This document shows positions 13,051 to 24,184 of a DNA stretch of 64,000 bases, piece by piece. Within the stretch, counting starts at the first letter, position 1. Every line of letters starts with the position of its first letter. Below the pieces are notes generated by a model. It was not told where the DNA came from. It saw only the letters and a program-made list of their open reading frames with translations, and did no database searches. The stretch covers positions 86,240 through 150,239 of the forward strand of contig JAAEPZ010000033.1 in assembly GCA_024231955.1 (NCBI GenBank), written 5' to 3'. Made by a program: the position numbers and the translations under genes. This stretch comes from a bacterium (GTDB lineage Bacteria > Krumholzibacteriota > Krumholzibacteriia > JACNKJ01).

Positions 13051-13641
13051 CTACGTAATGAGGAATGCGTCGGCCAGATGCTTGCGCAATCGCTGCAGAT
13101 CGCCCTCCACATCGGCGCTCTTCAATACGTCGTAACAGGAGAATGTAGGCAGCGGCTCCATACCAAAGAACTGGAAGGCCTTGTGCAGCCACATGAAAAC
13201 TCCATCGACCCCCTTGCCCTCAAAGAACTGATCGGGATCGTCAAAGGCCTCCAGCGGGGCGTTCCAGGTAGTGGACAGCATGTACCTCTTGCCGTTCATC
13301 AAACCGCCCGAGCCGTATTTCTTGCTCAGGTCGGACCGGGTTCTGCCGTCATCACGGCACAGCACCTCGCCGATCCCTGACGTGTAGACCTCATCGATAT
13401 ACCTCTTGAAAAGATAGGGGACACTCATCCAGTAAACGGGGGTCTGAACAAAGACCGCGTCGGCCCACCTGTACTTCTCCAACTCCTCGGCGATATCGTA
13501 GCCGCTCTCCACGATTGTCGTCTTCACCTCATGCCCGGCAGCGGTCAACTGCTCCTGCGTCACGTCCACAATTGTCTGATTCAGTTTGCCTTCGGCAAAT
13601 CCCTCGTAACGTTGATGTCCATTGATAAGGAGTACCTTCAT
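13051..13641 (-). CDS. mdaB: NAD(P)H:quinone oxidoreductase, flavodoxin-2 (MdaB-like)
   Basis: MKVLLINGH, PVYWMSVP..FKRYIDEV, YGSGGL, TWNAPLEAF. Confidence 0.88.
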   Translation of the reverse strand: MKVLLINGHQRYEGFAEGKLNQTIVDVTQEQLTAAGHEVKTTIVESGYDIAEELEKYRWADAVFVQTPVYWMSVPYLFKRYIDEVYTSGIGEVLCRDDGRTRSDLSKKYGSGGLMNGKRYMLSTTWNAPLEAFDDPDQFFEGKGVDGVFMWLHKAFQFFGMEPLPTFSCYDVLKSADVEGDLQRLRKHLADAFLIT

Positions 13642-13869
13642 CAGCCAACCTCCATTTATTGATATCAATTTGCTCCGGTTCTCCCGAAGGCAACTGTTCT
13701 GATTTCCAAAGTAACACCACTGCGATTCGGGAAGGTAGACCGGAACTACAGCATTGTTGCACATTCCTGTCAAATGCTACAGTTATTGCTCCCGATGCGG
13801 CAGAATTCTTGTAGTATACTCCCGCCAGGTTGATACTGACCGAATTACCCCCCTTTGGAGCAGATCGAC

Positions 13870-14790
13870 ATGAGTGAGAACGAAACCAATTCTACAGGCA
13901 GTGCAGGCAGCGAACTGGCCAGGCTGGTGGGCGCGCTCGCCCTGGAGGATGGTCTGTTTGAGACGAACTGGCCCGGATTGATGGTATCCCGCATATCGAC
14001 ACCGCTGCCGAGGCAACCGGTGCCATACAAGCCAAGCCTCTGTATTGTGGTGCAGGGGCAGAAGCAGATCTTCCTCGGTGAGAGAGCTTACACCTATGAC
14101 CCGCACAGATATCTGGTTGTCCCTATGGCGCTGCCGCTGGAGATGGAGGTCGCCCGGGCAACCACCCAAAATCCGATTCTGGGACTCGGTCTGGAACTTG
14201 ACCTCACGACGCTCAGCGAACTGCTGCTCAATGTCGACGACACCACCCCGCTTCAGCCGGTGGCCAACCAGAACCGGCCGGCCCTCTACGTCTCCCGGGC
14301 AAGCTCTACGCTGCAGGACGCATTGATCCGTTTGCTCCGTCTTGTCGACGATCCCACGGACCTGCGGGTTCTGGGACCATCGATTGTGCGCGAGATCATG
14401 TACCGGGTGCTGCAGGGCGAACAGGGGAGACAGTTGCGGAACCTGGTGCTTCAGGACAGCAGCAGTCACAGGATCGCCGGCATCACCCGTTACCTGAACG
14501 AGAACTACAGTGAGCGATTGAGCATCGATGATATTGCCCGGGTCGCCGGCATGAGCACATCGGCCCTGCATCACAAGTTCCGGGAGGTGACCACCATGTC
14601 GCCTCTGCAATATCTCAAGAAGATCCGGCTGCACCACGCCCGCACGCTGATGGTCGCCCGCGGACTCAACGCCGGCGAGGCGGGTTTTCAGGTTGGATAC
14701 GCGAATCCCTCCCAGTTCAACCGCGAGTTCAAGAGGCTGTTCGGACTCCCGCCCGGCCAGCTGATGCAGACGATCTCCCCGCCGGAATGA
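13870..14790 (+). CDS. AraC-family regulator (AraC_N + HTH), divergent from mdaB
   Basis: PSLCIVVQGQK, REIMYRVL.G.QG, MSPLQYLKKIRL, VGYANPSQFNREFKRLFG. Confidence 0.92.
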   Translation: MSENETNSTGSAGSELARLVGALALEDGLFETNWPGLMVSRISTPLPRQPVPYKPSLCIVVQGQKQIFLGERAYTYDPHRYLVVPMALPLEMEVARATTQNPILGLGLELDLTTLSELLLNVDDTTPLQPVANQNRPALYVSRASSTLQDALIRLLRLVDDPTDLRVLGPSIVREIMYRVLQGEQGRQLRNLVLQDSSSHRIAGITRYLNENYSERLSIDDIARVAGMSTSALHHKFREVTTMSPLQYLKKIRLHHARTLMVARGLNAGEAGFQVGYANPSQFNREFKRLFGLPPGQLMQTISPPE

Positions 14791-14979
14791 TCTCCGTGAC
14801 CTCTCCGAGGATCCATCCGCGTCGAGGTCGGTGATGAGCGAATCACGTCGACAAAGTGCACATGCGGTAAGCGTGTGACATTCCGGGAAACAGCATCTCC
14901 CGGATCATCTCCCTTGCTCAAACGACCTGGATTCATGATAGTATGTGCTAAATTCATAACATCGGTTTTGGGGGTCATC

Positions 14980-17900
14980 GTGCCAACACTTCGTCATATC
15001 CTGACGCTCGCCATACTTTCATGTCTCTACTCGGCGACTGCGACCGCCGACCTCCTCTCACACTCGGTGACGGGGAACATCGTGGAGCTGAACGCCGATG
15101 ACGATCTGCGGCTCCGTCTCACCTTCCTGGCCGACGACCTGCTGCGGGTGGAGGCCGCCACCGGCGATACGTTCATCGACGAGGGGAGCGGCGCGGCGGA
15201 GATAGTCGTCGCGACCGACTTCGCCGGTGTCGACCCAAGCGTCATTGAAGAGGCCGATTGCCTGATCCTCTCGACAGCGGCCATGCAACTGATCGTCCGG
15301 CGTGCGCCCCTCCTGCTTGAGCTGCGGCGCACCTCCGACGACGAACTGCTCTGGCGGGAGCGCAAGCCCCTGAGCCTGACGGCGGAGAGTTGCACGCAAA
15401 CGCTCACGAGCGATCCCGACGAGCGGATCTTCGGCGGCGGTCAGCAGAACGGTCGCTTCGAGTTCAAGGGGAGCCTGATGGAGATCTCCTACTCGGGCGG
15501 CTGGGAGGAGGGGGACCGACCGAGCCCCGCCCCCTTCTACATGAGCGACGGAGGTTACGGCGTGCTGCGCAACACCTGGGCCGACGGCACCTACGACTTC
15601 CGGTCGGACCGTTATCTCACGACGACCCACATCGAACCACGCTTCGACGCCTACTACATGGTTGGCGCCTCGATCCGCGAGGTCCTCGACCTCTATACCC
15701 ACCTCACGGGTCGCGCCCGTCTGCTCCCCCGCTGGGCCCTCGGCTACGGTGACGCCGACTGCTACAACGACGGCGACAACGTCGACAAACCGGGCACCGT
15801 CCCTGAAGGGTGGAGCGACGGTCCCACAGGCACCACCCCCGATGTCGTCGAGTCGGTCGCAGCGAAGTACCGCGAACACGACATGCCCGGCAGCTGGATT
15901 CTACCCAACGACGGCTACGGCTGCGGTTACGTCGAGCTGCCGGAGACCGTCGCGCGCCTCAGGGAGCACGGTTTCCGCACGGGGCTGTGGACGGAGAACG
16001 GCGTCGAGAAGATCGCCTGGGAGATCGGAACCGCCGGCACCCGGGTGCAGAAACTCGACGTCGCCTGGACCGGCAAGGGCTACCAGTGGTGCATGGACGC
16101 CAACCTCGACGCCGCGCAGGGTTTCATCGACAACGCGGATGCGCGGCCGTTCATCTGGACGGTCATGGGCTGGGCCGGCATCCAGCGCTACGCCGTCACC
16201 TGGACCGGTGACCAGTCCGGCAGCTGGGACTACATCCGCTGGCATGTGCCCACGTTGATCGGCTCCGGCCTCTCGGGTCTCAACTACTCCACCGGCGATG
16301 TCGACGGCATCTTCGGCGGCTCTCCCGAGACGTTCACGCGCGACCTGCAGTGGAAGTGCTTCACGCCGGTGCTCATGGGGATGTCCGGCTGGTCGCAGAG
16401 CGCGCGCAAGCACCCCTGGGCATTCGACGAACCCTACCTGTCGATCAACCGCCGCTACCTCAAGCTGCGGCAACGACTCATGCCCTACCTCTACACGCTG
16501 GCCCGCGAAACCGAGACCAGCGGCGCGCCCATGGTGCGCGGCATGATGTGGGATCTCAAAGACCCTCACGCCTACGATCACCCCTATCAGTTCCTGCTGG
16601 GACGCGAGCTCCTGATCGCGCCGGTCTACCGCAGCCAGGAGGCGAGCAAGGGCTGGCGGGAGGATGTCTACCTGCCCGAAGGCGAGTGGATCGACTACTG
16701 GACAGGATTGAGATTGGAGTCGCCGTCCGGCGGGCGTGTAGTCGACGTGCCGGTCGACCTGGGCACGCTGCCGGTGTTCATGCGCGCGGGCGCGATCATC
16801 CCCCTCTACCCCGAGTCGAACTACGACGGCGAGGTGCCGGCCGATCCGCTGACGCTGGACATCTATCCGGCGGGCGAATCGGAGTTCGTTCTCTACGAGG
16901 ACGACGGCGATACGCGAGATTATCTGAGCGGCGCATTCAGCGAGCAGCGGTTCGCGGTCAAAGCCGCGAGCAGGAGGATCGACGTTGAGATCGCGCCGGC
17001 GACGGGTGAGTTCGCCGGGATGCTGGAGCAACGGAGCTTCGTCGTTCAACTGCACACCCGATCCGAACCGAAACGGATCACCCTGAACGGCAAGAAACTG
17101 TCTCCGCGGCAAACCGGCGGCCGCCAGGGTTGGATCTTCGACGAGGCGCGCGGCGGCGTGATCCACATCGACACCGGCGCAATTGACGTCCGCGCCCCCC
17201 ACAAGCTCACCGTGGAACTCGACAGGAACCGGAAGGCCGACGCCGTGCCCGAATACCCGAAGCTGCCCGGCGGGGACGGCACCATCGGCGCCGACGAGTT
17301 GATGGTTCTTGGTCATACGCCCGAGGAGCCGGGACACCCTCTGGAGAACGCCTTCGACGGCGATCCCGACACCTGGTTCCGCACGGTGCGCAACCAGTCG
17401 ATCGCCTACGGACCCCACGAGTTCACGGTGGCGCTGGGCGGTCGACGAATCGTCGAGGGATTCCGGATCAGCCCACGCAACGACAAGTGGTGGGAGTACG
17501 GCCAGGTGCGGAAATACGAAGTTTATATGGCCGACGTGCTGGGCGAATGGGGCGAACCGGTGATGGTCGACACACTCGCGCTGAGCCGGGAGATGCAGGA
17601 GGTGCGGCTCCCGCCCCGCGCCGGGCGCATGCTCCGCTTCCGGATCCTCAGCACCCACAACGACGAGAACGATCCCATGGTGCTCGCCGCGGCGGATGAA
17701 TCCAACGCGCAGGCCTACGATGCGCTCGCGCCGGTGCGGGTCTACCCCACCACCATCTCGGAGTTCAGTATTCTGGAGCGTCCCGCGGCGGAGGGCGCGC
17801 CGATCTCGGTGGCCCTGGCCGAGGCGGCGGGGCAGGGCGACAAGATCGTCACCTTGAACGGTATCGATTTTGACGGCGGCTTCAGTGTGCAGGGAGCTGA

Positions 17901-18969
17901 AAGCCTCGACTTTGCGCTGACCGGTGGCTGGCATCTATTCAGCGCCGAAGCCGGACCGGCTGCGGCGGTCGCGGATACGATCAACTTCCAGGTCTGGGGC
18001 GACGAACGTCTGCTCTGGGACAGCGGGCGTGTCGGCGGAACGACCGTCGTCAAACCGCGCCTCGATCTGCGTGGCGTCAGCTACTTGAGCCTGCGGACGG
18101 TCGCGTCGAATTCGGCCCTCACCGCGCATTGGGTCGAACTCACGCTCAAAGGCTACGAGGGGGACGACGTGCGCTTCCTCCCCGACGGCGGGAGGCTGGA
18201 GGTCTCACCAGAGCGACCGGTCTGCCGGGACGAGATGTTCGACTTCGAGTTGGTCGACATACCAGCCGGTACACTTCAGACCGGGGCACCACCGTGGGGA
18301 CATCCCCGGGATATTCATATCGAGAGTTTCTACATGGGCAAGTTCGAAGTGACCCAGAAGCTGTGGAAAGAGGTCATGGGCAAGTATCCGGTCCCCTTCG
18401 ACTTCGGCGACTACCCGCTGGACACCGCCAGGGAGTACGAGAACGTCATGCCTCGGATCAAGGAGCTCGCAACGCACACGGGTTTCATCGGCGACGACCT
18501 GCCGGTGGAGACGGTGAGCTGGGAGCACATTCAGCTTTTCCTCAAGGCGATCTCCGAGAGGACCGGGCAGGTCTACAGGCTGCCGACCAGCGCCGAATGG
18601 GAGTACGCCTACCGGGCGGGCACCGCCACGGCCTACCCCTTCGGCGACGATGCCGCGCGACTCGTGGAGTACGAGTGGTACGTGGAGAACTCCGATGGGC
18701 GCACCCACCCGGTGGGCTTGAAGAGACCCAACCCCTGGGGGCTGTACGACATGGGCGGCAACGTCGGCGAGTGGTGCTCCGATCTCAGCGACATGGCGCC
18801 CTACAGGCAGATGTACCCGGATCGGGAGTGGAGCATAGGATTGCGGCGCACCTACCGGGGCAGCCACTACCGGCACAGGGCGCGAGCGGCGACCGTCACC
18901 TACAGTCACAGCTACAAGCAGGTGTATCCGCACGAGAGCGTCGGTTTCCGTCTGGTGCGGGAGAGGTGA
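14980..18969 (+). CDS. secreted GH31 glycoside hydrolase (alpha-N-acetylgalactosaminidase-like subgroup) with F5/8 and NPCBM modules, fused to a C-terminal FGE-sulfatase-like domain
   Basis: Signal peptide; WILPNDGYGCGY, KLDVAW and WTGDQ GH31 motifs; 'AFDGDPDTW' F5/8; 'FQVWGDERLLWDSG' NPCBM; 'RLPTSAEWEYA', 'NPWGLYDMGGNVGEW', 'GFRLV' FGE. Start (GTG 14980) uncertain. Confidence 0.88.
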   Translation: MPTLRHILTLAILSCLYSATATADLLSHSVTGNIVELNADDDLRLRLTFLADDLLRVEAATGDTFIDEGSGAAEIVVATDFAGVDPSVIEEADCLILSTAAMQLIVRRAPLLLELRRTSDDELLWRERKPLSLTAESCTQTLTSDPDERIFGGGQQNGRFEFKGSLMEISYSGGWEEGDRPSPAPFYMSDGGYGVLRNTWADGTYDFRSDRYLTTTHIEPRFDAYYMVGASIREVLDLYTHLTGRARLLPRWALGYGDADCYNDGDNVDKPGTVPEGWSDGPTGTTPDVVESVAAKYREHDMPGSWILPNDGYGCGYVELPETVARLREHGFRTGLWTENGVEKIAWEIGTAGTRVQKLDVAWTGKGYQWCMDANLDAAQGFIDNADARPFIWTVMGWAGIQRYAVTWTGDQSGSWDYIRWHVPTLIGSGLSGLNYSTGDVDGIFGGSPETFTRDLQWKCFTPVLMGMSGWSQSARKHPWAFDEPYLSINRRYLKLRQRLMPYLYTLARETETSGAPMVRGMMWDLKDPHAYDHPYQFLLGRELLIAPVYRSQEASKGWREDVYLPEGEWIDYWTGLRLESPSGGRVVDVPVDLGTLPVFMRAGAIIPLYPESNYDGEVPADPLTLDIYPAGESEFVLYEDDGDTRDYLSGAFSEQRFAVKAASRRIDVEIAPATGEFAGMLEQRSFVVQLHTRSEPKRITLNGKKLSPRQTGGRQGWIFDEARGGVIHIDTGAIDVRAPHKLTVELDRNRKADAVPEYPKLPGGDGTIGADELMVLGHTPEEPGHPLENAFDGDPDTWFRTVRNQSIAYGPHEFTVALGGRRIVEGFRISPRNDKWWEYGQVRKYEVYMADVLGEWGEPVMVDTLALSREMQEVRLPPRAGRMLRFRILSTHNDENDPMVLAAADESNAQAYDALAPVRVYPTTISEFSILERPAAEGAPISVALAEAAGQGDKIVTLNGIDFDGGFSVQGAESLDFALTGGWHLFSAEAGPAAAVADTINFQVWGDERLLWDSGRVGGTTVVKPRLDLRGVSYLSLRTVASNSALTAHWVELTLKGYEGDDVRFLPDGGRLEVSPERPVCRDEMFDFELVDIPAGTLQTGAPPWGHPRDIHIESFYMGKFEVTQKLWKEVMGKYPVPFDFGDYPLDTAREYENVMPRIKELATHTGFIGDDLPVETVSWEHIQLFLKAISERTGQVYRLPTSAEWEYAYRAGTATAYPFGDDAARLVEYEWYVENSDGRTHPVGLKRPNPWGLYDMGGNVGEWCSDLSDMAPYRQMYPDREWSIGLRRTYRGSHYRHRARAATVTYSHSYKQVYPHESVGFRLVRER

Positions 18970-18974
18970 GAACG

Positions 18975-19025
18975 CGGTTCGCTTCGCAACGCTGAAACAC
19001 AAACGTAAAACCGTTCGACTCGCGG
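18975..19025 (+). repeat. 51-bp direct repeat, copy 1
   Basis: Aligns ungapped with 23881-23931 at 42/51 identities (hand count). Confidence 0.75.
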
Positions 19026-19119
19026 GTGAAGCGGGCTTTGAGACCGAATTGAGAATCCGTCTCAATTCGGTAGTGAGTTCAGGAGGCTGTTCGGACTGCC
19101 GCCCGCGCAGCTGGTTCAG
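19022..19119 (+). pseudogene. degenerate copy of an AraC 3' end containing a 12-bp hairpin
   Basis: Translates AGEAGFE../[23 protein letters not shown], matching the end of the 13870-14790 AraC; ACCGAATTGAGA/TCTCAATTCGGT inverted repeat. Confidence 0.7.
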
Positions 19120-22100
19120 GTCTTCATATATCTACCCGACAGCGCCTCACGCACTTTGACCGCCAGATCCTGTATGGAGAATGGCTTCTGGATAAAAAGA
19201 ACTCCTTCGTCGAGCACACCCTGGCAGGCGATGACGTCGGCCGTGTAACCGGACATGTAAAGGAGACTCAGGTCGGGTATAAGTGTGACCAGTTTCCGGG
19301 CAAGGTCTCTGCCGTTCATCTCGGGCATGACCACGTCGGTAATCAGCAGGTGAATCTCCCCTGCGTGTTCCTCCACCAGCAGAATGGCCTCAGCGGGAGT
19401 CGCCGCCCAAATCACGGTATAGCCCAGGCGATCAAGCATCATTCGAGTCAGATCCAGAATGGCCGGTTCATCCTCCACGAGCAGGACCGTTTCGGATCCC
19501 CCGACGACGGAAACGGAGTCATCATTCCCGGAAGACACGGAGGTCCCGGACATTTGGTGAACAGGCAGGTAGACGCTGAACGTCGACCCGAGATCCAACT
19601 CGCTGTAGACGTTGATGAAGCCTCCGTTCTGTTTGACGATGCCGTAGACGGTGGCAAGACCCAGACCGGTGCCCTCGCCCACCTCCTTACTGGTGAAGAA
19701 CGGCTCGAAGATATTGCCCCGGGTCTCTTTGTCCATGCCGCATCCGTCATCACTGACGGTCAGCATCACGTAATCACCCGGTTCGAACCCGGGATGGGTA
19801 GCGCAATGGATCTCATCGATGGCTGCATGCCCTGTTTCAATGATGACCTTGCCGATGTTGTGGCCTATGGCGTCACGGGCATTGACAAGCAGGTTAGCCA
19901 GTATTTGATCAACCTGCCCCGGATCGATGAATACGGATTCAAGATTCTCGCCCGGCCGCCAGATCAGGTCTATATCCTCGCCTATGAGCCGTTCGAGCAT
20001 CTGGAACATGGCCTTGATGGTATCATTCAGATCGAGTACCTGCGGCTCGATAGCCTGCTTGCGGGCATATGCCAGCAATTGGCGCGTCAGGTTCGAGGAG
20101 CGCTTCGAGGCCTTCAACACCTCTGTGAGGTTCATGGTGATGGGGCTGTCTTCCGGTAAATCCTCCAGAACTATTTCGGTATATCCCTGGATCACACTGA
20201 GCATGTTGTTGAAGTCATGCGCCACTCCGCCGGCCAGCCGACCGATCGACTCCATCTTCTGGACCTGGATCAGTTGCTCCTGCAGATTCGCGTGCTCCTC
20301 TTCCGCCTGTTTCCGTGCGGTTATATCCTGAGTGAAACCGATTGCATTGACTGCAATCCCATCGTCATCAAACTCCACGTCCGCCTTTTCCCGGACCCAG
20401 GTAACTTCGCCTTCAATGAGCAGGCGATGCTCTATGTCGTAAGGTTTCCCCGCGACACCCGCTTTCCATTCACGGTCGACGTAGTCTCTATCCTCGGGAT
20501 GGACCTTCCCGATGAACACCTCGTAATTCACCACGCTTCCCGGGGGAACCCCGAAGATCCGGCAGTTCTCATCCGTCCAGCGCAGGATGTTTCGCTTGAG
20601 ATCCAGCTCCCAGGTTCCGATCCGGCCGAGCTCCTGCGCCCTTTCAAGGAGATGCTGCTGCTGTTTGATCCTCTCCTCCGCCGCTCGGCGTTTGGTAATG
20701 TCGCGCTCTATGGAGACGAAGAGCTTCTGATCTGTCTCGGTTTTAAGGTGCTTCGAAGAGATTTCAACCGGGAAAACCGTCCCGTCCTTCCTCGCGTGAA
20801 CCGTGTCGAACAGAACCGTTTCGCCTGTCAGCAAACGGCGCATGAGGGCCTCAATATCCCCCATGCTCAGACTCTGGTCGAGATCACTGATGGATAAGTC
20901 GAGAAATTCCTCATGTTCATATCCGTGAACTTTGCAGGCCGCCTTGTTGGCGTCAATAATGACAAGACCCCTGTCCGCGGTATCCTCTAGGATGAGGATA
21001 TAATCGCCAGCCTGTTCGAAGAGCGATCTGTATCTCTCTCTGCTCCTCCGCAGATCCTTCTCGTTTTGCTTGCGTCGTGTCACCTCTCCGACGAGTTTTC
21101 TCAGATATGCGAATACGGCTCCGACTACAAGGCACGCCAGACACACCAGGATGGAAGTGAACCACCAGGTTCGCCACCAGGGCGGAGCGATGGATATTTC
21201 AACCGATGCCCCCACCTCATTCCAGACGCCGTCATTGTTTGAAGCCATGACCTTGAATGTATAGATACCGGGATTCAGATTCATATACGTGGCGGAGCGA
21301 TCGTTACTGTCCGTATATGTGAATTCCCCGTCGTAACCCTCCAGTTTGTAGGCATATCTGTTCTTCGGAGAATTCGTGTAGTTCAAAGCGACAAATTCGA
21401 TCCTGAACACAGACTGAGAATGGCTCAACGAGATGCGCCGGCACTGACTTATATGCTGGTCCAGGGGAGAATCCGGTCCCACCGGCACCGACTGGTTGAA
21501 GAGCAGGAAGTCGGTAAAAACCACTCTTGGAGGATGGGCGTTGGTGCTCAGTTCAGCGGGGTGAATGATCTGCAAACCGTCGGCCCCGCCGAAATACAGA
21601 TCGCCCGCCTCATTCTTGCACACCGAGTGCATGAAGAAGGCCCCCCCCTGCAACCCGTCCCCGCGATCAAAACTGCGAAATGTTTCATCCTGGGGATTGA
21701 ATCTTGACAGCCCCCTGTTCGTGCTGATCCAGAGCAGACCCTCGTCATCTTCCGCAATCGCCGCGATACGGTTTCCGACCAGTCCGTCCCTTTGGCCGAA
21801 GAGATCAAAACGTTGTGTAGTCTCATCAAACCGATTCAGGCCATTGCTGGTGCCGACCCACAAGCTGCCGCGACTATCCTGAAAAATCGCGTAGACCATA
21901 TTGTCGCTCAAACTGCCCTGATCATTTCGAGCGTGCACATAATTGGTGAACACTTCGGTATCCGGGTCGAACCGACTCAACCCGTTTTCGGTGCCTACCC
22001 AGACTGAACCGCGGGAATCTACACAGACGACCGTCGCCCAATTGGAGACGATCTTACTGGCGTCGTTGAAATCATATTGGTAGTGGGTAAATGTTTCCTC

Positions 22101-23699
22101 AAGGATATCGAACCTGTCCAGGCCGGACTGATAGACGGCGATCCACAGGACATCCCTGTCCCGATCCGCAACCAGATCATACACGGCATTGCCGGCAATG
22201 GTATTCGGATCACGTGAATCATGCTCATAACGGACGAATTCGCCTCGTACAGGATCGAGTCTGTTCAGCCCCGCCCCATGAGTTCCGATCCACAAAGCCC
22301 CGCGCTTATCCTGATCAATGGCCCAGATATCGTTGCCGCTGATGCTGGCGGAATCTTGATCGTCATGTCGGTAGTGTACATAGTCGCCGTGCGGATCGCT
22401 GGAGAAATGGAGCCCATCGCCGGTTCCGAGCCACAGCACGTCATCGGCATCCTGGTAGATGCTCCGCACTTTGGCGTCACTCATGTCATCGGGATTATTC
22501 GGATCTCTGTGGAAGTGTACGAACTGATTTTCAGCCGGGTCCCACTTGTCAACACCTCCATAGGTAGCCACCCAAAGAGTGCCCACCTCATCTTCGGTGA
22601 TGCTCATTACGATGTCATTGCTGAGGCTGTGCGGATCGTGGTTGTTATGGCGATAATGACGGAAGGATTTCGATGCGGGATCGAAACGATTCACCCCCCC
22701 GCCGAAAGTCCCGAGCCACAGAATGCCCTGATAATCCTCGTAAATGAAGGTCACCGTATCGGAGCTCAGGCTGCCGGGATCGGCGTCATCATGGCGATAG
22801 CATGAGAACGTCTCCGTATCCGGATCGAAGCTGTTGAGCCCCCCCTCCGACGCAATCCAGATGCTATTGCGGCTATCGATGAAGACACCCCAAAGGTTGT
22901 CGTTGCTGAGGCTGCCTGGATCGTCGGGATTGTGCCGATACCGGGTAAAATCGTTCGTGTTCGGATCCAGTTTGACCAGGCCGCCGCCATACGTCGAGAT
23001 CCAGAACAGCCCCAGATTGTCCTCTTGAATCCTCGAGACGGTATTGTGGCTCAAGCTGTTCGGATCCTGAGGATCGTGACGGAAATTGACACAGGATCCC
23101 GTTTCCGGATTGAGCCTGCTCAGGCCGTCATCGGTCGTAGCCCATACCATTCCCTTGCCGTCGACATAAATGGACCAGACGAAATCGCTGACAAGGCTCT
23201 CGGGATTGCTCTCCTCATGATAGTAATTGGTGAAGTTGCCGGTTTTGAGATCATAGCGACTGATACCGTCTCCCCATGTGGCAATCCACAGGTTGCCTAT
23301 CTGGTCTTCCAGGATCCAATGGGCAAAATTGCCGCACAGACTATTGGGGTTATCCGGCTCTCGATAGAAAGGGGTTATCTGCATCCCGTCATATTTGTTG
23401 AGACCGTTCTTCGTGCCGAACCACATGAAGCCCCGGGAGTCCTGAAATACATACAGCACCTCAAGATTCGACAATCCATCCCTGGTATCAATGTGGCTGA
23501 AACTGATGTCCTCAATATCCTGACCTCGGGCATCGAGCGGCAGCACGACGCTTGTCAGCACAAACATCAGCAAAGCTGCTATTGATTTACCTCGGATCCG
23601 CAAATCAACCCTCCATGCCAAGCGTGAGAACCAACTGCCGATCAAGCAGTCTTCTCTCGGATCTCGATTGATGGATCGTATAGTGGCGAGTAGTCTCAT
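19116..23699 (-). CDS. hybrid sensor histidine kinase: beta-propeller (Reg_prop) + Y_Y_Y + TM + 2 PAS + HisKA + HATPase + REC
   Basis: Repeated 'SL..N.V..I..D..G.LW.GT..GL' units, YAYKLEGYD...[26 protein letters not shown]-box, [15 protein letters not shown]. Start uncertain. Confidence 0.93.
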   Translation of the reverse strand: MRLLATIRSINRDPREDCLIGSWFSRLAWRVDLRIRGKSIAALLMFVLTSVVLPLDARGQDIEDISFSHIDTRDGLSNLEVLYVFQDSRGFMWFGTKNGLNKYDGMQITPFYREPDNPNSLCGNFAHWILEDQIGNLWIATWGDGISRYDLKTGNFTNYYHEESNPESLVSDFVWSIYVDGKGMVWATTDDGLSRLNPETGSCVNFRHDPQDPNSLSHNTVSRIQEDNLGLFWISTYGGGLVKLDPNTNDFTRYRHNPDDPGSLSNDNLWGVFIDSRNSIWIASEGGLNSFDPDTETFSCYRHDDADPGSLSSDTVTFIYEDYQGILWLGTFGGGVNRFDPASKSFRHYRHNNHDPHSLSNDIVMSITEDEVGTLWVATYGGVDKWDPAENQFVHFHRDPNNPDDMSDAKVRSIYQDADDVLWLGTGDGLHFSSDPHGDYVHYRHDDQDSASISGNDIWAIDQDKRGALWIGTHGAGLNRLDPVRGEFVRYEHDSRDPNTIAGNAVYDLVADRDRDVLWIAVYQSGLDRFDILEETFTHYQYDFNDASKIVSNWATVVCVDSRGSVWVGTENGLSRFDPDTEVFTNYVHARNDQGSLSDNMVYAIFQDSRGSLWVGTSNGLNRFDETTQRFDLFGQRDGLVGNRIAAIAEDDEGLLWISTNRGLSRFNPQDETFRSFDRGDGLQGGAFFMHSVCKNEAGDLYFGGADGLQIIHPAELSTNAHPPRVVFTDFLLFNQSVPVGPDSPLDQHISQCRRISLSHSQSVFRIEFVALNYTNSPKNRYAYKLEGYDGEFTYTDSNDRSATYMNLNPGIYTFKVMASNNDGVWNEVGASVEISIAPPWWRTWWFTSILVCLACLVVGAVFAYLRKLVGEVTRRKQNEKDLRRSRERYRSLFEQAGDYILILEDTADRGLVIIDANKAACKVHGYEHEEFLDLSISDLDQSLSMGDIEALMRRLLTGETVLFDTVHARKDGTVFPVEISSKHLKTETDQKLFVSIERDITKRRAAEERIKQQQHLLERAQELGRIGTWELDLKRNILRWTDENCRIFGVPPGSVVNYEVFIGKVHPEDRDYVDREWKAGVAGKPYDIEHRLLIEGEVTWVREKADVEFDDDGIAVNAIGFTQDITARKQAEEEHANLQEQLIQVQKMESIGRLAGGVAHDFNNMLSVIQGYTEIVLEDLPEDSPITMNLTEVLKASKRSSNLTRQLLAYARKQAIEPQVLDLNDTIKAMFQMLERLIGEDIDLIWRPGENLESVFIDPGQVDQILANLLVNARDAIGHNIGKVIIETGHAAIDEIHCATHPGFEPGDYVMLTVSDDGCGMDKETRGNIFEPFFTSKEVGEGTGLGLATVYGIVKQNGGFINVYSELDLGSTFSVYLPVHQMSGTSVSSGNDDSVSVVGGSETVLLVEDEPAILDLTRMMLDRLGYTVIWAATPAEAILLVEEHAGEIHLLITDVVMPEMNGRDLARKLVTLIPDLSLLYMSGYTADVIACQGVLDEGVLFIQKPFSIQDLAVKVREALSGRYMKT

Positions 23700-23880
23700 A
23701 GCTCGCCCTGCACCGAAGCATGATACACTCCATACCCACCATCATGGTAATCTTTTTGAGATATTTATCACAATCAACATAATCCCTCATCGTCCGCTCC
23801 CCGAATGGCAGTGTTTAAAAACGCTCCAGTTTTCGCAGCGGCCAACACCCGGGAGTCTGTTCAGAGAGAGGACGAAGAAA

Positions 23881-23931
23881 CGGTTCGCATCGCGACACCG
23901 AGACACAAACGTAGAGCCGTCCGACTCACGG
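23881..23931 (+). repeat. 51-bp direct repeat, copy 2
   Basis: Matches 18975-19025. Confidence 0.75.
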
Positions 23932-24184
23932 TCGAGCGGCTTTGTTAGCGGGTCTACGGCAGGTTTGACGCTCTCCGGCACGAATCTGGAAACAAGCGGC
24001 GGGAGCTGCGGAACGGAGCGATTTCACCAGAACCCGCAGCAAGGACGACATACGGTGATCAATGGAACCCGATGATGATCGGAAAAGGCGTCACCAGTAC
24101 CCGGGCTTTCAAGCCCTCACTATAAAAAGGTCCGGCACTCATGATCAAGCACACCGGGCGGTGATCGAGACGGCCGTTTCCGTA

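Noticed and set aside
18200-19120. FGE domain as a diversity-generating retroelement target
   Set aside because: No template repeat of the C-terminal coding region and no reverse transcriptase in the window; the nearby repeats are non-coding or AraC-derived.
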